This document shows, piece after piece, positions 19,948 to 31,100 of a stretch of DNA of 64,000 nucleotides (position 1 is the first letter of the stretch; each line of letters opens with the position of its first letter). The notes beneath the pieces are model-generated. The model had not been told where the DNA came from. It saw only the letters and a program-made list of their open reading frames with translations, and ran no database searches. Source of the stretch: Pseudomonadota bacterium (GTDB lineage: Bacteria; Desulfobacterota; Desulfobulbia; Desulfobulbales; SURF-16); NCBI GenBank assembly GCA_018816555.1, contig JAHIVT010000086.1:36973-100972 (forward strand), in the 5' to 3' direction. The position numbers and the translations under genes are program-made.

Positions 19948-21207
19948 ATGTTCAAATTCCTGCATACCGCTGATATTCACCTAGACAGCCCCTTAAAGGG
20001 CCTGGAGTCCTATGAGGACGCCCCGGTGGAGGAGATCCGCGAGGCCTCACGGCGGGCCTTTGACAATCTCATTGATTTCGCCATGGACGAGGAGGTCGAT
20101 TTCATCCTCATCGCCGGCGATCTGTATGACGGCCCCTGGAAGGACTACAATACCGGCCTCTTTTTTGTCAACCGCATGGGACGGTTGAAGAATGCCGGCA
20201 TCAGGGTGTTTATCGTTGCCGGCAATCATGATGCCGCAAGCCATACCACCAAGGCATTGTCCCTGCCGGATAATGTCACCCTCTTTTCGTCAAAAAAGGC
20301 TGAAACGAAACTGCTGGACGAGCTCCAGGTGGCCATCCATGGACAAAGCTATCCTGCCGGCGCTGTCAGTGAAAACCTCGCCACCCTCTATCCACCCAGA
20401 CACCCCGGTTATTTCAACATCGGTCTCCTGCATACCGCACTCACCGGCCGGGCTGGTCATGAGCCCTATGCGCCCTGTTCGCTGGATGATTTGCGCTCCA
20501 GAGGATACGATTACTGGGCTCTTGGTCATGTGCACCAGCAGGAAGTCGTGGCTCGCGACCCGTGGATCATCTTTCCCGGTAATCTCCAGGGCCGCCATAT
20601 CCGGGAAACAGGGGCCAAAGGGGCGACCCTGGTAACCGTTGCAGAAGGCCGGGTCACGGCAATGGAACCGCGGGAATTTGATGTGCTGCGCTGGGTACAG
20701 TGCCGGGTTGATCTGTCGACCTGCGAGACGATGGACGCGGTTTTCGAACAGGTACGGCAGGGGATCGAAACCCATCGGCTGACAAGGGACGGCAGGCCGC
20801 TGGCCATGCGGCTGATCCTCGTCGGTGCCTGTCCTGTGCATGCCGACCTTATTGGCCGGTGGACCCGGCTGATCGAGGAGTTTCGCGGCGTGGCCGCGGC
20901 CAGCGGTGAGGTGTGGCTGGAAAAGGTGCTGCTGCAGACCCGGCGCAGGTCGGATCTGGCCGAGCTTGTCGGCCGGGATACCGCGCTGGCCGGTATGCTT
21001 CACTCCCTGGATGAGCTGCAGCTGGGTACGGAGGAACTCGTTGCCCTGGTGCCGGATCTGCCGGCCTTTAAAAGCAGGCTGCCCCATGAACTCTTTGAAG
21101 GTGAGGAACCTTTCCTGGCCGACTCCCCGGAGCAGATAAACGCCCTGCGGGATGAGGTAAGGGAGCTGCTGGTGGCAAGACTCCTCCAGCATGGAGGCCA
21201 GGGATGA
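19948..21207 (+). CDS. Mre11/SbcD-like metallophosphoesterase (YhaO family)
   Basis: 'HTADIHLDSP', 'AGDLYD', 'GNHD', 'GLLHT', 'YWALGHVH', 'PGNLQGRH'. Confidence 0.92.
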   Translation: MFKFLHTADIHLDSPLKGLESYEDAPVEEIREASRRAFDNLIDFAMDEEVDFILIAGDLYDGPWKDYNTGLFFVNRMGRLKNAGIRVFIVAGNHDAASHTTKALSLPDNVTLFSSKKAETKLLDELQVAIHGQSYPAGAVSENLATLYPPRHPGYFNIGLLHTALTGRAGHEPYAPCSLDDLRSRGYDYWALGHVHQQEVVARDPWIIFPGNLQGRHIRETGAKGATLVTVAEGRVTAMEPREFDVLRWVQCRVDLSTCETMDAVFEQVRQGIETHRLTRDGRPLAMRLILVGACPVHADLIGRWTRLIEEFRGVAAASGEVWLEKVLLQTRRRSDLAELVGRDTALAGMLHSLDELQLGTEELVALVPDLPAFKSRLPHELFEGEEPFLADSPEQINALRDEVRELLVARLLQHGGQG

Positions 21208-24200
21208 GGATCAGGCGTCTTGATCTGAAGGCCTTCGGTCCTTTCACGGGCAGTACCCTGGATTTTCACGGCGAAAGTCCCGGCCTGCATATCATCTATG
21301 GCCCCAATGAAGCGGGCAAAAGCAGTTCCCTGCGTGGGCTCAAGGCCTTGCTCTACGGTTTCCCTGAGCGGACTGCGGATAGTTTCCAGCATGCCAATGA
21401 GAATCTGCTGGTGGCGGGCTGTCTGCAGGCCGATGACGGCCGGGAGATCAGTTTTCAGCGCCGTAAGAGAAGAAAGGCGGATATTCTTGACCCCTCTGGC
21501 AATCCCCTGGAAGATGGCGCCCTGTCCGCCTTTCTGCCCGGTATTGACCAGGGGCTTTTTGAGTCTCTCTACGGCATCGATCATGCCGTGCTGGTGCAGG
21601 GAGGGGAGGATATCCTGGCCCAGAAGGGAGAGGTGGGGCAGGCCCTTTTTGCCGCTGGTTCCGGCATTTCTTCCCTGCGTGCCATCCTCGGTTCCCTGGA
21701 CGCGGAGGCGGATGAGCTGTTTAAGGCACGAGGTTCAAAGCAGCAGATTAATACGGCCATTGCCGAATACAAGGAGCTGCAGAGGACGGTCAAGCAGGCC
21801 AGTCTTTCCCGCCGGGAGTGGCAGGAGCATCGAAAACAGCTCGACGATGCGGTAAGTCAACGGCAAAGGCTACAGGATGAGCGCGAGGCAAAACAAAAGC
21901 AGGTGTATCATCTTGAGCGGTTAAAGCGGGCCATTCCCTTTCTCGCCACTCGGGCAAAACACATACAGCTGCTGCACGAGATGGGCGAGGTACAGGTATT
22001 GCCCCTGGATCTTGCCGACAAGAAGAGAGAAGTTGAACAGCAGCAGCGTGAAACCGGATTGCAGCTGCAGAAGGCCCGCGGCAGGCTGGATCTGCTCGGA
22101 AAGAAGAAGGAAGGGGTAGGATTTAATCAGATGCTGGTGGAGCATGCCGGGGCGATTGTTGATCTGCACCAGAGGCTTGGTCAATACCGTACTGAGGGAC
22201 GAGACCGGGAAAAAAATGAAGGAATGCGGATTGGCAGCCGGACAGAGGCGGCGGAGCTGCTGAAGCGCATTCGGCCGGATCTGGCGCTGGCGGATGTTGA
22301 GTTGCTGCGGTCGGTGCTGCTCAGGAAAAATACAATCCAGGAGCTGATCAACAGCCACCATGCCCTGGATCTGCAGGTTGCCCAGGCAAAAAAACATGCC
22401 GGGGAGGCGGAACGGCAACTCAAAAGCATTGCCGAGGTTTTAGGGAGGTTGCCGGAGGCAAAGGATGTCGGCTCTCTGGCCCGGGCGGTAAAACACGCAG
22501 GGAAGACCGGGGCAATCGATGCTGATATCAAGGCAAAAATCCGTGAAATAGAGAGTGATAAAAAGGAGTGTGCGGCTGATCTCAACCGGCTGGGTCGCTG
22601 GTCAGGGGAGCTGCACCGGGTCGTTGATCTGCCCGTGCCGCTGCCGGAGACGATTAAAGAATTTGCCGCCCGTTATCAGGAGCTGGAGGATGCCAGGCGT
22701 CAGCTGGCAAAAGAGAGCAGGGAGACAGACAGGGAGCTGCAACAGGCGGTTGCCGAGAAAAAAAAGATTGAATATGGCGGGGAAGTGCCCACCGAGGAGG
22801 AGCTTGCGCTGGTACGCGGCAAGCGTGACAATGGCTGGGGGCTTCTGCGTCGAAAGTGGCTGGCAGGAGAAGATGTAGACCGGGAAAGCCGGGAATATGA
22901 CCCTCGGCCTTTGCCTGAGGCCTATGAACAGTATGTGTCTGCCGCTGATACCCTTGCCGATCGTCTGCGCCGGGAGGCGGACAGGGCGGCCGGTTTTGCC
23001 GCCAGCAGGGCCCGCCTGGAAAGTCTGGAGGCGAAAAAGCAGGATCTTGTCCGCAGGCAGGAGGAGTTGGCAGAAGAGGTGCAGGTCTTTGCCGTCGGTT
23101 GGCAGGAGATTTGGCAGGAAAGCGGTATTGAACCACTGTCACCTGCGGAAATGGCCTCCTGGCTCAATGAGTTTTCCGGCATCCGTTCCAGAGTGAAGGA
23201 GATCGGTAGAAAAGAGCAGGAACTGGACGGAAAAAAAGAGCAGCGGCAGATCTTACAGCAGAGCCTGATCATGGAACTCGAGCTGCTGGGTGAGGCAAAA
23301 AAAATCACCAGTGAAGAACTGGAGCCGGTTATTGTCTTCAGTGAAACGGTGGTGACGGAACATGAAGCAAATCAGGCCGGACGGGAGAGGCTTGCCGAGA
23401 AAAAAAAGGAACTGCAGGAGAGCCTGGCCGCTGCCGCACTTAATCTGCAAACTACGAAAAATGACTTGGTAGAGTGGCAGGGGAAATGGCAGGACGCCGT
23501 GCAGGGTTTGGCAGCAGCGGGTAATACCCTGGCGCCGGCTGATGTCAATACCATGCTGGATGAGCTGCAGAACTGCTTTGCCAAGCTCAAGGACGCGGAG
23601 GTTTCCCGTAAGCGTATTGCCGGCATGAGCAAAAACATGGAAAAATATGAACAGGACGTCAAATCCCTCCTGCAGCGTGTCGCCCCGGAGTTGGCCGGTT
23701 TACCGCTTGAATTGGCGGTGACCAGGCTGCAGGCCATGCTGGGCAAGGCAAATGAGGACAGAGCCCTGTTGGCCAAATACGCGGAGGACATGGAAAATCT
23801 TGCAGAAGAGATCCTCCATGGCGAAGAAACCCTGCAAAGCCTGAATGGGCAGATGGGGGAGTTTCTGCGACTTGCCGGCTGTCAGGACCTCAAGGCACTG
23901 GACAAGGCAATTGACCGGTCTGCTGAGTGGCGCAAAATCAAGGACATGCTCGTTGATGTCGAGACAACGCTTGCTGAAATTGCGGAGGGCCTTTCCCTCG
24001 AGGAAATCAGCCGGGATACCCGGGGTATCCAGTCAACAGACCTGCAGGGACAGATCGATACCATCAAAAGAGAGATCAGCGAAGAGCTGAGCCCGAAGAT
24101 TGATGAATTTTTCGAAGTAATCGGTCGTGAAAAAAACGAACTGGGAAAAATGGACGGCAGCTCCCGTGCCGCCGAGGCAGCGGAGCAAGCCGAGCAGGTG

Positions 24201-24710
24201 CTGGCCAGGATTCGGCGGCTTGCCGACCGCTATGTGCGGGTGAAACTTGCGGCAAGGGTGCTTCAGCAGGAAATCGAACGATATCGGGAAGAGCATCAGG
24301 ATCCGATCCTCAAGCTTGCAGCCGGCTATTTCAGGGAATTGACCCTGGGTTCCTTTACCGACCTGCGCACCGATCTGGCTGATAACGGGCAGCCGGTGCT
24401 GGCCGGCCTGCGTCCTGATGAGGCGCGGGGGGTGTATGTGCAGGGGATGAGTTCCGGCACTCGTGATCAGCTCTATCTTGCCCTGCGGCTGGCCACCCTG
24501 GAATGGCGCCTGCAGAGCGGTGAAACCATGCCCTTCATCGTTGATGACATCCTCATCAACTTTGATGATGAGAGAGTCAAGGCGACCATCAGGGTGTTGG
24601 CCGGCCTGGCGGAGAAAACCCAGGTGATTCTCTTTACCCATCACCGGCAGGTGGTGGAGGATGCCCGGGCGCTTGCGCAAACTGCCCAGATTATGATCCA
24701 TGAGCTGTAA
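21204..24710 (+). CDS. YhaN-family SMC/Rad50-like coiled-coil ATPase
   Basis: Walker A 'GPNEAGKS', long coiled coil, signature 'MSSGTRDQLYLALR', 'DDILINFDD', 'FTHH'; ATGA overlap with the upstream gene. Confidence 0.92.
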   Translation: MRIRRLDLKAFGPFTGSTLDFHGESPGLHIIYGPNEAGKSSSLRGLKALLYGFPERTADSFQHANENLLVAGCLQADDGREISFQRRKRRKADILDPSGNPLEDGALSAFLPGIDQGLFESLYGIDHAVLVQGGEDILAQKGEVGQALFAAGSGISSLRAILGSLDAEADELFKARGSKQQINTAIAEYKELQRTVKQASLSRREWQEHRKQLDDAVSQRQRLQDEREAKQKQVYHLERLKRAIPFLATRAKHIQLLHEMGEVQVLPLDLADKKREVEQQQRETGLQLQKARGRLDLLGKKKEGVGFNQMLVEHAGAIVDLHQRLGQYRTEGRDREKNEGMRIGSRTEAAELLKRIRPDLALADVELLRSVLLRKNTIQELINSHHALDLQVAQAKKHAGEAERQLKSIAEVLGRLPEAKDVGSLARAVKHAGKTGAIDADIKAKIREIESDKKECAADLNRLGRWSGELHRVVDLPVPLPETIKEFAARYQELEDARRQLAKESRETDRELQQAVAEKKKIEYGGEVPTEEELALVRGKRDNGWGLLRRKWLAGEDVDRESREYDPRPLPEAYEQYVSAADTLADRLRREADRAAGFAASRARLESLEAKKQDLVRRQEELAEEVQVFAVGWQEIWQESGIEPLSPAEMASWLNEFSGIRSRVKEIGRKEQELDGKKEQRQILQQSLIMELELLGEAKKITSEELEPVIVFSETVVTEHEANQAGRERLAEKKKELQESLAAAALNLQTTKNDLVEWQGKWQDAVQGLAAAGNTLAPADVNTMLDELQNCFAKLKDAEVSRKRIAGMSKNMEKYEQDVKSLLQRVAPELAGLPLELAVTRLQAMLGKANEDRALLAKYAEDMENLAEEILHGEETLQSLNGQMGEFLRLAGCQDLKALDKAIDRSAEWRKIKDMLVDVETTLAEIAEGLSLEEISRDTRGIQSTDLQGQIDTIKREISEELSPKIDEFFEVIGREKNELGKMDGSSRAAEAAEQAEQVLARIRRLADRYVRVKLAARVLQQEIERYREEHQDPILKLAAGYFRELTLGSFTDLRTDLADNGQPVLAGLRPDEARGVYVQGMSSGTRDQLYLALRLATLEWRLQSGETMPFIVDDILINFDDERVKATIRVLAGLAEKTQVILFTHHRQVVEDARALAQTAQIMIHEL

Positions 24711-24731
24711 GGAATTGCGATGCGGCCCCGG

Positions 24732-26705
24732 TCAGCGCATCTCCTGCTTTTTCGGCTGCTTGCATTCGTACATCAGGTTGTCCGCCCTGTTCATCAACTC
24801 TTCAATGGAGCTGGGATGTTCTGGATCATAGAGCACCACGCCGATGCTCAGTGAGAGTTCATAGCTCCGCTGCTCCAGGTTGTTTTTTGCCCGCAGGTTC
24901 TTTTCAAGACGATTGATGACGGATTTTTCGTCGGCCGGATCAATGAGCAGGACGGCGAATTCGTCGCCGTCGAGCCGGGCGATGGTATCCGAATCCCTGA
25001 AGGTGGAGCGGAGCAGATCGGCGGTCTCCGTCAGCACCTGATCACCGGCATGGTGACCCAGGTGGTCATTGACCCATTTCAGATTGTTCACATCGGCATA
25101 CATCAGGAAGACATTGCCCTCCCGGCGTTTGGCCACCTGCAGCTGTTTGGTGGCCATGGTCATGAAACCGCGCCGGTTGAGCAGGGAGGTCAGTTCATCG
25201 GTGATGGCGATTTCCCGCAGTTTGGCTTCACTCTGCCGCAGGGCCATTTCCATTTTTTTGCGCCTGGAGATATTGATAGCCAGGCAGACGATGCCGTAAA
25301 TATCTCCCTTGCTGTTCTTCATCGGCGAGGCGCTGAAATGGACCGGGATTTCCCTTCCCCATTTCGTCAGGTAGATCAGCTCGCATTCCCTGAGAATTTC
25401 CCCTTCATCCAGGTTGCTGAAAGGGCAGCCTGCCACTGCTTCATCATTTTTCAGGATGAATTCCAGCGGTTTGCCGGTCAACTCTTGTTTCTCATAGCCA
25501 AGCATGACGATGGTGGAGTTGTTGATGGTCTCGATCTTGCCGTCCCGGCCCAGGACAATGAGGCTCTCCTGCATGGAACTGAGAATGGTGTTGAAATAAT
25601 CCCGGGAAATGGTGGTCTCCTGCAGATTCCTGGTCATGATATTGAAAGAGCCGATCAATTTGCCGATCTCGTCCCGTGATTTGATGTCGATGATTTCATT
25701 GAGATTTCCCTGGGCAATGGCCTTTGCCGCCCGGGTGAGCCTGGCCAGGGGCATGGTGATGCCGTTTGCCAGTAGATAGGAGAGAATACTGGCCAGTACG
25801 AAGAAGATGACGAACAGGATAATAAAGCTGACCCGCAGCTTTTTCACCTGCTGCATGAATTCCTCATGGGGTAGAACCGCCATGACCGTCCATTGCAGCT
25901 CCGGAATGGAGGTTGTGGCGACAAAGGAATCAACGTCCCGCACATTGGCGCGCTGAAAGTATGGTATACGGCCAGGATCTTGCGGGGGAAGAAAAACCGC
26001 GAACTCTTTTTCATCCTTTGCACGGCTGATGCTGATCTGCTCTGCCGATGCGTGGGTAGATGGGTTAGTAATGGTCATGATATTGCCGACCCCGTCACTT
26101 ACCAGGAGATAACCGGCAGCGCTGAACCTGATATCAGCCAGGCTCGCTGCAATTTTCCGGTAGGGCAGGGTAGCCAGCAGCAGACCGGCAAATCGGTCCT
26201 CAAAATACTGGTGCTTGGCAATGGCCAGCCGCAGCACCGGCTCTTTGGTCTGCTGCATCGGCTCATTCTGAAAGATGAGAACCTTGTTCGGATGGGCAAG
26301 GCTTTCGGAGAAAAAAGAGCTGTCGCTGTAATCAGCAACATTCTGGGCAATTTCACCGTCGGTTACCCGCAATTCTTCGATACCCTGCCGGTTGATGAAA
26401 CTGAGATTGGAAAAACTGCTGTGGAATCCGGCCAGGTATGAAGCAAGGGCGGCTTCCCGGAAGTTGATGGAATAATTGATCACCTCCGGACCATCGGCAA
26501 TACGTTCCAGCAGGTCAGACTTGTTTTTAATAGAGCTGTTGATGGTTTGCACGGCATGCCGGGTAATGAATTCAAGGTATTGTTTCTGGCTGTTTTCCAG
26601 GGTGTTGATCAGATAAAAATAGGAAACATTGGCCAGCAGAAGGTTGGTGAGCAGAATAATACCGGTGTGGGAGAGAAGAAGGGTAATTTTGAGGGAACGA
26701 AACAT
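24732..26705 (-). CDS. Cache-HAMP-PAS-GGDEF protein (variant DGDEF motif)
   Basis: Two TMs, HAMP 'DEIGKL...FN.M', PAS, GGDEF with 'DELTSLLNRR' and 'RLDGDEF'. Confidence 0.88.
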   Translation of the reverse strand: MFRSLKITLLLSHTGIILLTNLLLANVSYFYLINTLENSQKQYLEFITRHAVQTINSSIKNKSDLLERIADGPEVINYSINFREAALASYLAGFHSSFSNLSFINRQGIEELRVTDGEIAQNVADYSDSSFFSESLAHPNKVLIFQNEPMQQTKEPVLRLAIAKHQYFEDRFAGLLLATLPYRKIAASLADIRFSAAGYLLVSDGVGNIMTITNPSTHASAEQISISRAKDEKEFAVFLPPQDPGRIPYFQRANVRDVDSFVATTSIPELQWTVMAVLPHEEFMQQVKKLRVSFIILFVIFFVLASILSYLLANGITMPLARLTRAAKAIAQGNLNEIIDIKSRDEIGKLIGSFNIMTRNLQETTISRDYFNTILSSMQESLIVLGRDGKIETINNSTIVMLGYEKQELTGKPLEFILKNDEAVAGCPFSNLDEGEILRECELIYLTKWGREIPVHFSASPMKNSKGDIYGIVCLAINISRRKKMEMALRQSEAKLREIAITDELTSLLNRRGFMTMATKQLQVAKRREGNVFLMYADVNNLKWVNDHLGHHAGDQVLTETADLLRSTFRDSDTIARLDGDEFAVLLIDPADEKSVINRLEKNLRAKNNLEQRSYELSLSIGVVLYDPEHPSSIEELMNRADNLMYECKQPKKQEMR

Positions 26706-26813
26706 GATGAGCCGTTAAATGGAGTAATGGCCGAAAGCAGGATTAGGGAAACCGGCAGGCTGAACAGGGCGTGGGGTGCCGCGGCATGATTTGGTGAGAC
26801 TGTCTCGCATATT

Positions 26814-27662
26814 TTACCGTTTTGTTAAGGCTGAAAATGCGCCATGGTCAGCCATGATCTTCTCGGCCGCCGGGCTGTAAAGAAAATCGATAAAGTTTTT
26901 CACCTCCCGGCCATGTTCATTTTTCCATACCAGACCGAGTGGCGCAACGAGTTTGTACGCTCCTTTTGTCACGTTATCCCGATCCGGCGAGACGTTTTCA
27001 AACTGCAGAACAACGATGTCAGGCTGGTTACCGGCCTCGGCCAGGCTCGCGTAGCCGATGGTGTTCTTGTAGCGGTTGATTGCGGCAACGTTTTCCGGCG
27101 TTGTATAGAGGGTCTGTCCCACCGGTTTGTCGATGGCGTTGAATGCCGGAATGTATTTTTCGATAACGGAACGCGATGAGTCACCCTTTTCCCGGTTGGC
27201 CACGTAAATTTTTCCATGGGGGCCGCCCAGTTCGCTCCACAGGGTGATGGCACCCGAGAAGATGCCCACAGCCTGCTGAGCGGTGATGCTCCTCACTCCC
27301 TTCACGCTGCTGTTGACCAGGAAAATCACTGGAGAGTCGGCAAAAAGAAGATAGTCAAGGTTGAGTTCCTTCTCTTTTTCCTTTAAAGGGCGGGCCACCC
27401 GGCCCAGATCGCATTTGCCGCCCGCCGTGGCCTTGACCCCGCCGCCGCTGCCGATGGAATCCGGCACGTCAATGCTCATGTTCGGATGGGATTGTTCATA
27501 GGCTGCAGCCAGATGACGCAGAAGATTCTGGCTGTCGCCGGAGCCGCAGATGACCAGCGTCTTCTTTGCCGTGCCTGGTTCGCCATCGTTGGCGGACTTA
27601 CTGTTGGTTGCTGTGCCCAGCAGGAGGAACAGAGAGGCCATAAGCAGCCATGCATTTTTCAT
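26814..27662 (-). CDS. PstS-like (PBP2) periplasmic substrate-binding protein
   Basis: Signal peptide from ATG 27662; 'GSG', 'SIGSGGG', 'W..LGG', 'REKGDSSR', 'IGY'. Confidence 0.8.
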   Translation of the reverse strand: MKNAWLLMASLFLLLGTATNSKSANDGEPGTAKKTLVICGSGDSQNLLRHLAAAYEQSHPNMSIDVPDSIGSGGGVKATAGGKCDLGRVARPLKEKEKELNLDYLLFADSPVIFLVNSSVKGVRSITAQQAVGIFSGAITLWSELGGPHGKIYVANREKGDSSRSVIEKYIPAFNAIDKPVGQTLYTTPENVAAINRYKNTIGYASLAEAGNQPDIVVLQFENVSPDRDNVTKGAYKLVAPLGLVWKNEHGREVKNFIDFLYSPAAEKIMADHGAFSALTKR

Positions 27663-28117
27663 ACTGATGGTTCTCCGCTGTTTTGCAGAAGGGAAAATAC
27701 CTGGATCGTTATTCAATAACAGGAAGAGCTGTTTTGTCAAGTATTAGTGGTCAGGCAAATCGAATGCGGCGGATTGTCAGTCGTTATGAAGTTGTGATGT
27801 GCTATTTGTGTAAAATGTTTCATTTTTTTTAGAGAGAGCAACTTGATTTCCGTTGCCTGATCACCTGGTGCGGATAGACAAATCATGTGTGGAAAAAAAC
27901 GACATTGTAGCAAAGTTTGTGATATGATTTTTCATGTCTTGGATCGCCTTGTGCAAGTACCTTGTCGAATATATCCAGGTCCTAATTTATTATTTAACAA
28001 TGCGATCAGGAAATCTGCCGGGTTGAGGAGATTTCCCGGGATCGTCTCTCTGTCTGCCGGATTATCCCAGGTGCCGACAAATACAGAGCAGAGTATGTCT
28101 TTTTGATCGGTTAACAG

Positions 28118-31100
28118 ATGACCAGAGTGACTGAAGTGAAGAAGCTTGGGCTGGGCAGCGCCATAGCGGCGGTGTTGATCGTCGGGGTGCTTCTGGCCTG
28201 GTGGTCGGTGCAGGCGGCTGACCGCCGCATGCGTGAAGACCTGCTCCGCCATACCCGTCTGGTGGCCCAGGCAATCGACGTGCGCCGGGTCAAGGCGCTG
28301 TCCGGAACCGAGACCGACCTGGCCTTGCCTGAATACCAGCGGTTCAAACAACAGCTGATCGCCACCCTGACGGTCTTCCCACGCTGCCGCTTTCTTTATC
28401 TGATGGGCCGCAGGCCGGACGGCAAGGTTTTTTTCTATGCGGATTCGGAACCAGCCGGTTCTGCCGATGAATCCCCTGCCGGGCAGATTTATGAGGAGAT
28501 CTCCCCTTATTATCTCCGGGTTTTTGATACCGGGGTGGAGGGAGCCGTTGGCCCGGTTACCGACCGCTGGGGAACATGGGTGACCTCGCTGATCCCTCTC
28601 ACCGATCCGGACACCGGTGATCTGCTTGCGGTGCTGGGCATGGATATTGATGCCCGCGACTGGCAGTGGGAGACGGTGAGGGCCGGTTTTTTCCCTCTGC
28701 TGGTCACCGTGGTCCTGGTGGCACTTCTTCTGGCCGGCAATGCGGTGCTGGCATGGCGCGGTCGGCTGGGGGGCAGATATGGCAATGGGTTGCGCCATGC
28801 CGAAGCGGTGCTGGCTGGAATCATCGGCCTGACGCTGACCCTGGCAGCGGCCCTAGCTGATGATCAGGCGAAGGACCGCAGTCATGTCGAGAGGTTTTCC
28901 CCGCTGGTGAGCAGCCAAACCAGCCGTGTTGCAGCGGTCTTCGAGGCACTGGGCGATATTGAGCTGGAAGGCCTGGCTCGCTTCATCTCATCCAGCCGGC
29001 AGGTGAATAAACAGGAGTTCGGCGCATTTACTGAATACCTGGTGAGGAAAAACACCATCCAGGCCTGGGAATGGATCCCTGTGGTCCCCGCAGAGGAAAA
29101 GGACTTTTTCGAGCAGGAGAGGCGGCAGGAGGGCTTGCCTGATTACAGGATCTGGCAGAAGGATGCGGCAGGAAAACCCGCGCCGGCGGCAGGTCGGCAG
29201 TTCTATTATCCGGTTCTCTACGTGGCACCATTGGCCGGCAATGAAAGTGTCCTGGGTTTTGACCTCGGTTCTGAACCGGTCCGCCGGTCAGCCCTGGAAG
29301 AGGCGGCGCGCAGCAGGTTGCCCACCTGCACCGATCCTATCTCCCTGGTGCAGGAGACAGACGGTCAGCAGGGTCTGCTGGTGTATCGGCCTGTTTATCC
29401 CGACAAAGAAACCGGCAGTCCTCAAGGTTTTGCCCTGGCCGTGCTGCACCTGGGGACTTTTTTGCAGAACGCCGTCGGTCCAAGCCTGGGCAAACCAGCC
29501 ATATACCTGGATCTGTATCAACTGCGGGCAGGGGAACCGGCCCTGTTGCTTGCTTCAACATCAGCAGCAAAAAACAAGACGCCACTCACGGCACCGCTTC
29601 CCGTTGTCCGCCCTCTTTTCGTATTCGGTAAAACCTTTGCCGTGGTTGTCCGTCCGGGACCCGCCTTTACCGCACTCCATCCGGCTGGTCACGGCTGGAT
29701 GACGGTTCTTGCCGGTCTGGTGATGACAGGAGCCATTGCCCTGGTCATCGGTTTTATCACCCACCGGCGGGAGGAACTGGAACTCCTGGTGCAGGAGCGC
29801 ACCACCGCTCTCGTGGAAAGCGAGAGTCTTCAGCGTCTGCTCATCAATAATCTCGGCGCCGGGGTCATGATCATCGATGCCCGAACCCATGTGGTTGAAC
29901 GGGTAAATCCCTGGGCTGCAAGACTTATCGGCACCCCGGCCGAGGAGATTGTGGGACGGGTGTGCCATGGTTTTGTCTGCCCTTTCCTGCCGGAAAATTG
30001 CCCGGTAAAGAATTCCTGCCACAGCAGCGACAATATGGATCGGGTCATTCAGCGGCCTGATGGCAGCCAGGTGTCCATCATGACCTCGGTGCAACGCATC
30101 CGTATTCAAGGCCGGGAGAAGTTGCTGGAAACATTTGTCGATATCACCGATCGCAAGCGGGTGGAGGAGGGGATACGCCAGAGCAGAGAACTCCTGAACA
30201 CCCTCATTGAGGCCATTCCCATTCCGGTGTTTTACAAGGATGTGCAGGGAGTTTATCTGGGCTGCAACACCTTGTTTGCCGAATTCCTGGGAAAGCCGAC
30301 GGAGGCGATCGTCGGCAAGACTGCCTTTGATATTGCCCCTCACGACCTGGCCAACTGCTATCACCAGGCGGACCTTGATTTAATGGCAAGCGGTAAAACC
30401 CAGATTTACGAGGCAGCGGTTGTCCACGCCGATGGTTCCCGCCGGCAGATCATGTTCCACAAGGCGCCCTTTTTCAGCGCCGGGGACGATCTGCTCGGGC
30501 TTGTCGGGGCAATGCTGGACATCACCGACCGCAAGCAGGCGGAGGATGAATTGCTCCATATGAACCGTCAGCTTGAGGTGGCCACTGTCAGAGCCAACGA
30601 CATGGCTGTCAAGGCGGCGATGGCCAGTGCCGCCAAGAGCGAGTTTCTGGCCAATATGAGCCATGAGATCCGTACCCCAATGAACGGCGTAATCGGTATG
30701 ACGGGACTGCTGCTGGAAACGGACCTGAGTGACGAACAGCGCCGCTACGCCGAGATTGTGCTTGCCAGCGCAGATTCGCTGCTCGGACTCATCAATGATA
30801 TTCTGGATTTTTCCAAGATCGAGGCCGGGAAACTGGACCTGGAGATTCTGGATTTCGATCTGCATAATCTGCTGGATGACTTTGCCTCTTCAATGGCCTT
30901 GCGGGCCCACGATAAGGGGTTGGAGCTGCTCTGTTCCGCCGCTCCGGAAGTTCCCGCTTCTTTGCGGGGTGACCCGGGCCGCTTGCGCCAGATTCTGATT
31001 AATCTGATGGCTAATGCGATCAAATTCACCCCTGCCGGAGAGGTGGCCATACGTGTTACCCTGCTCTCGGAAAGAGAGGGAGAGGTGCTGTTGCGCTTTG

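Noticed and set aside
19948-24710. Nuclease + SMC pair as Wadjet/Lamassu-type defence
   Set aside because: Motifs fit the widespread YhaO/YhaN repair-like pair; host-like composition; no jet or lmu partners
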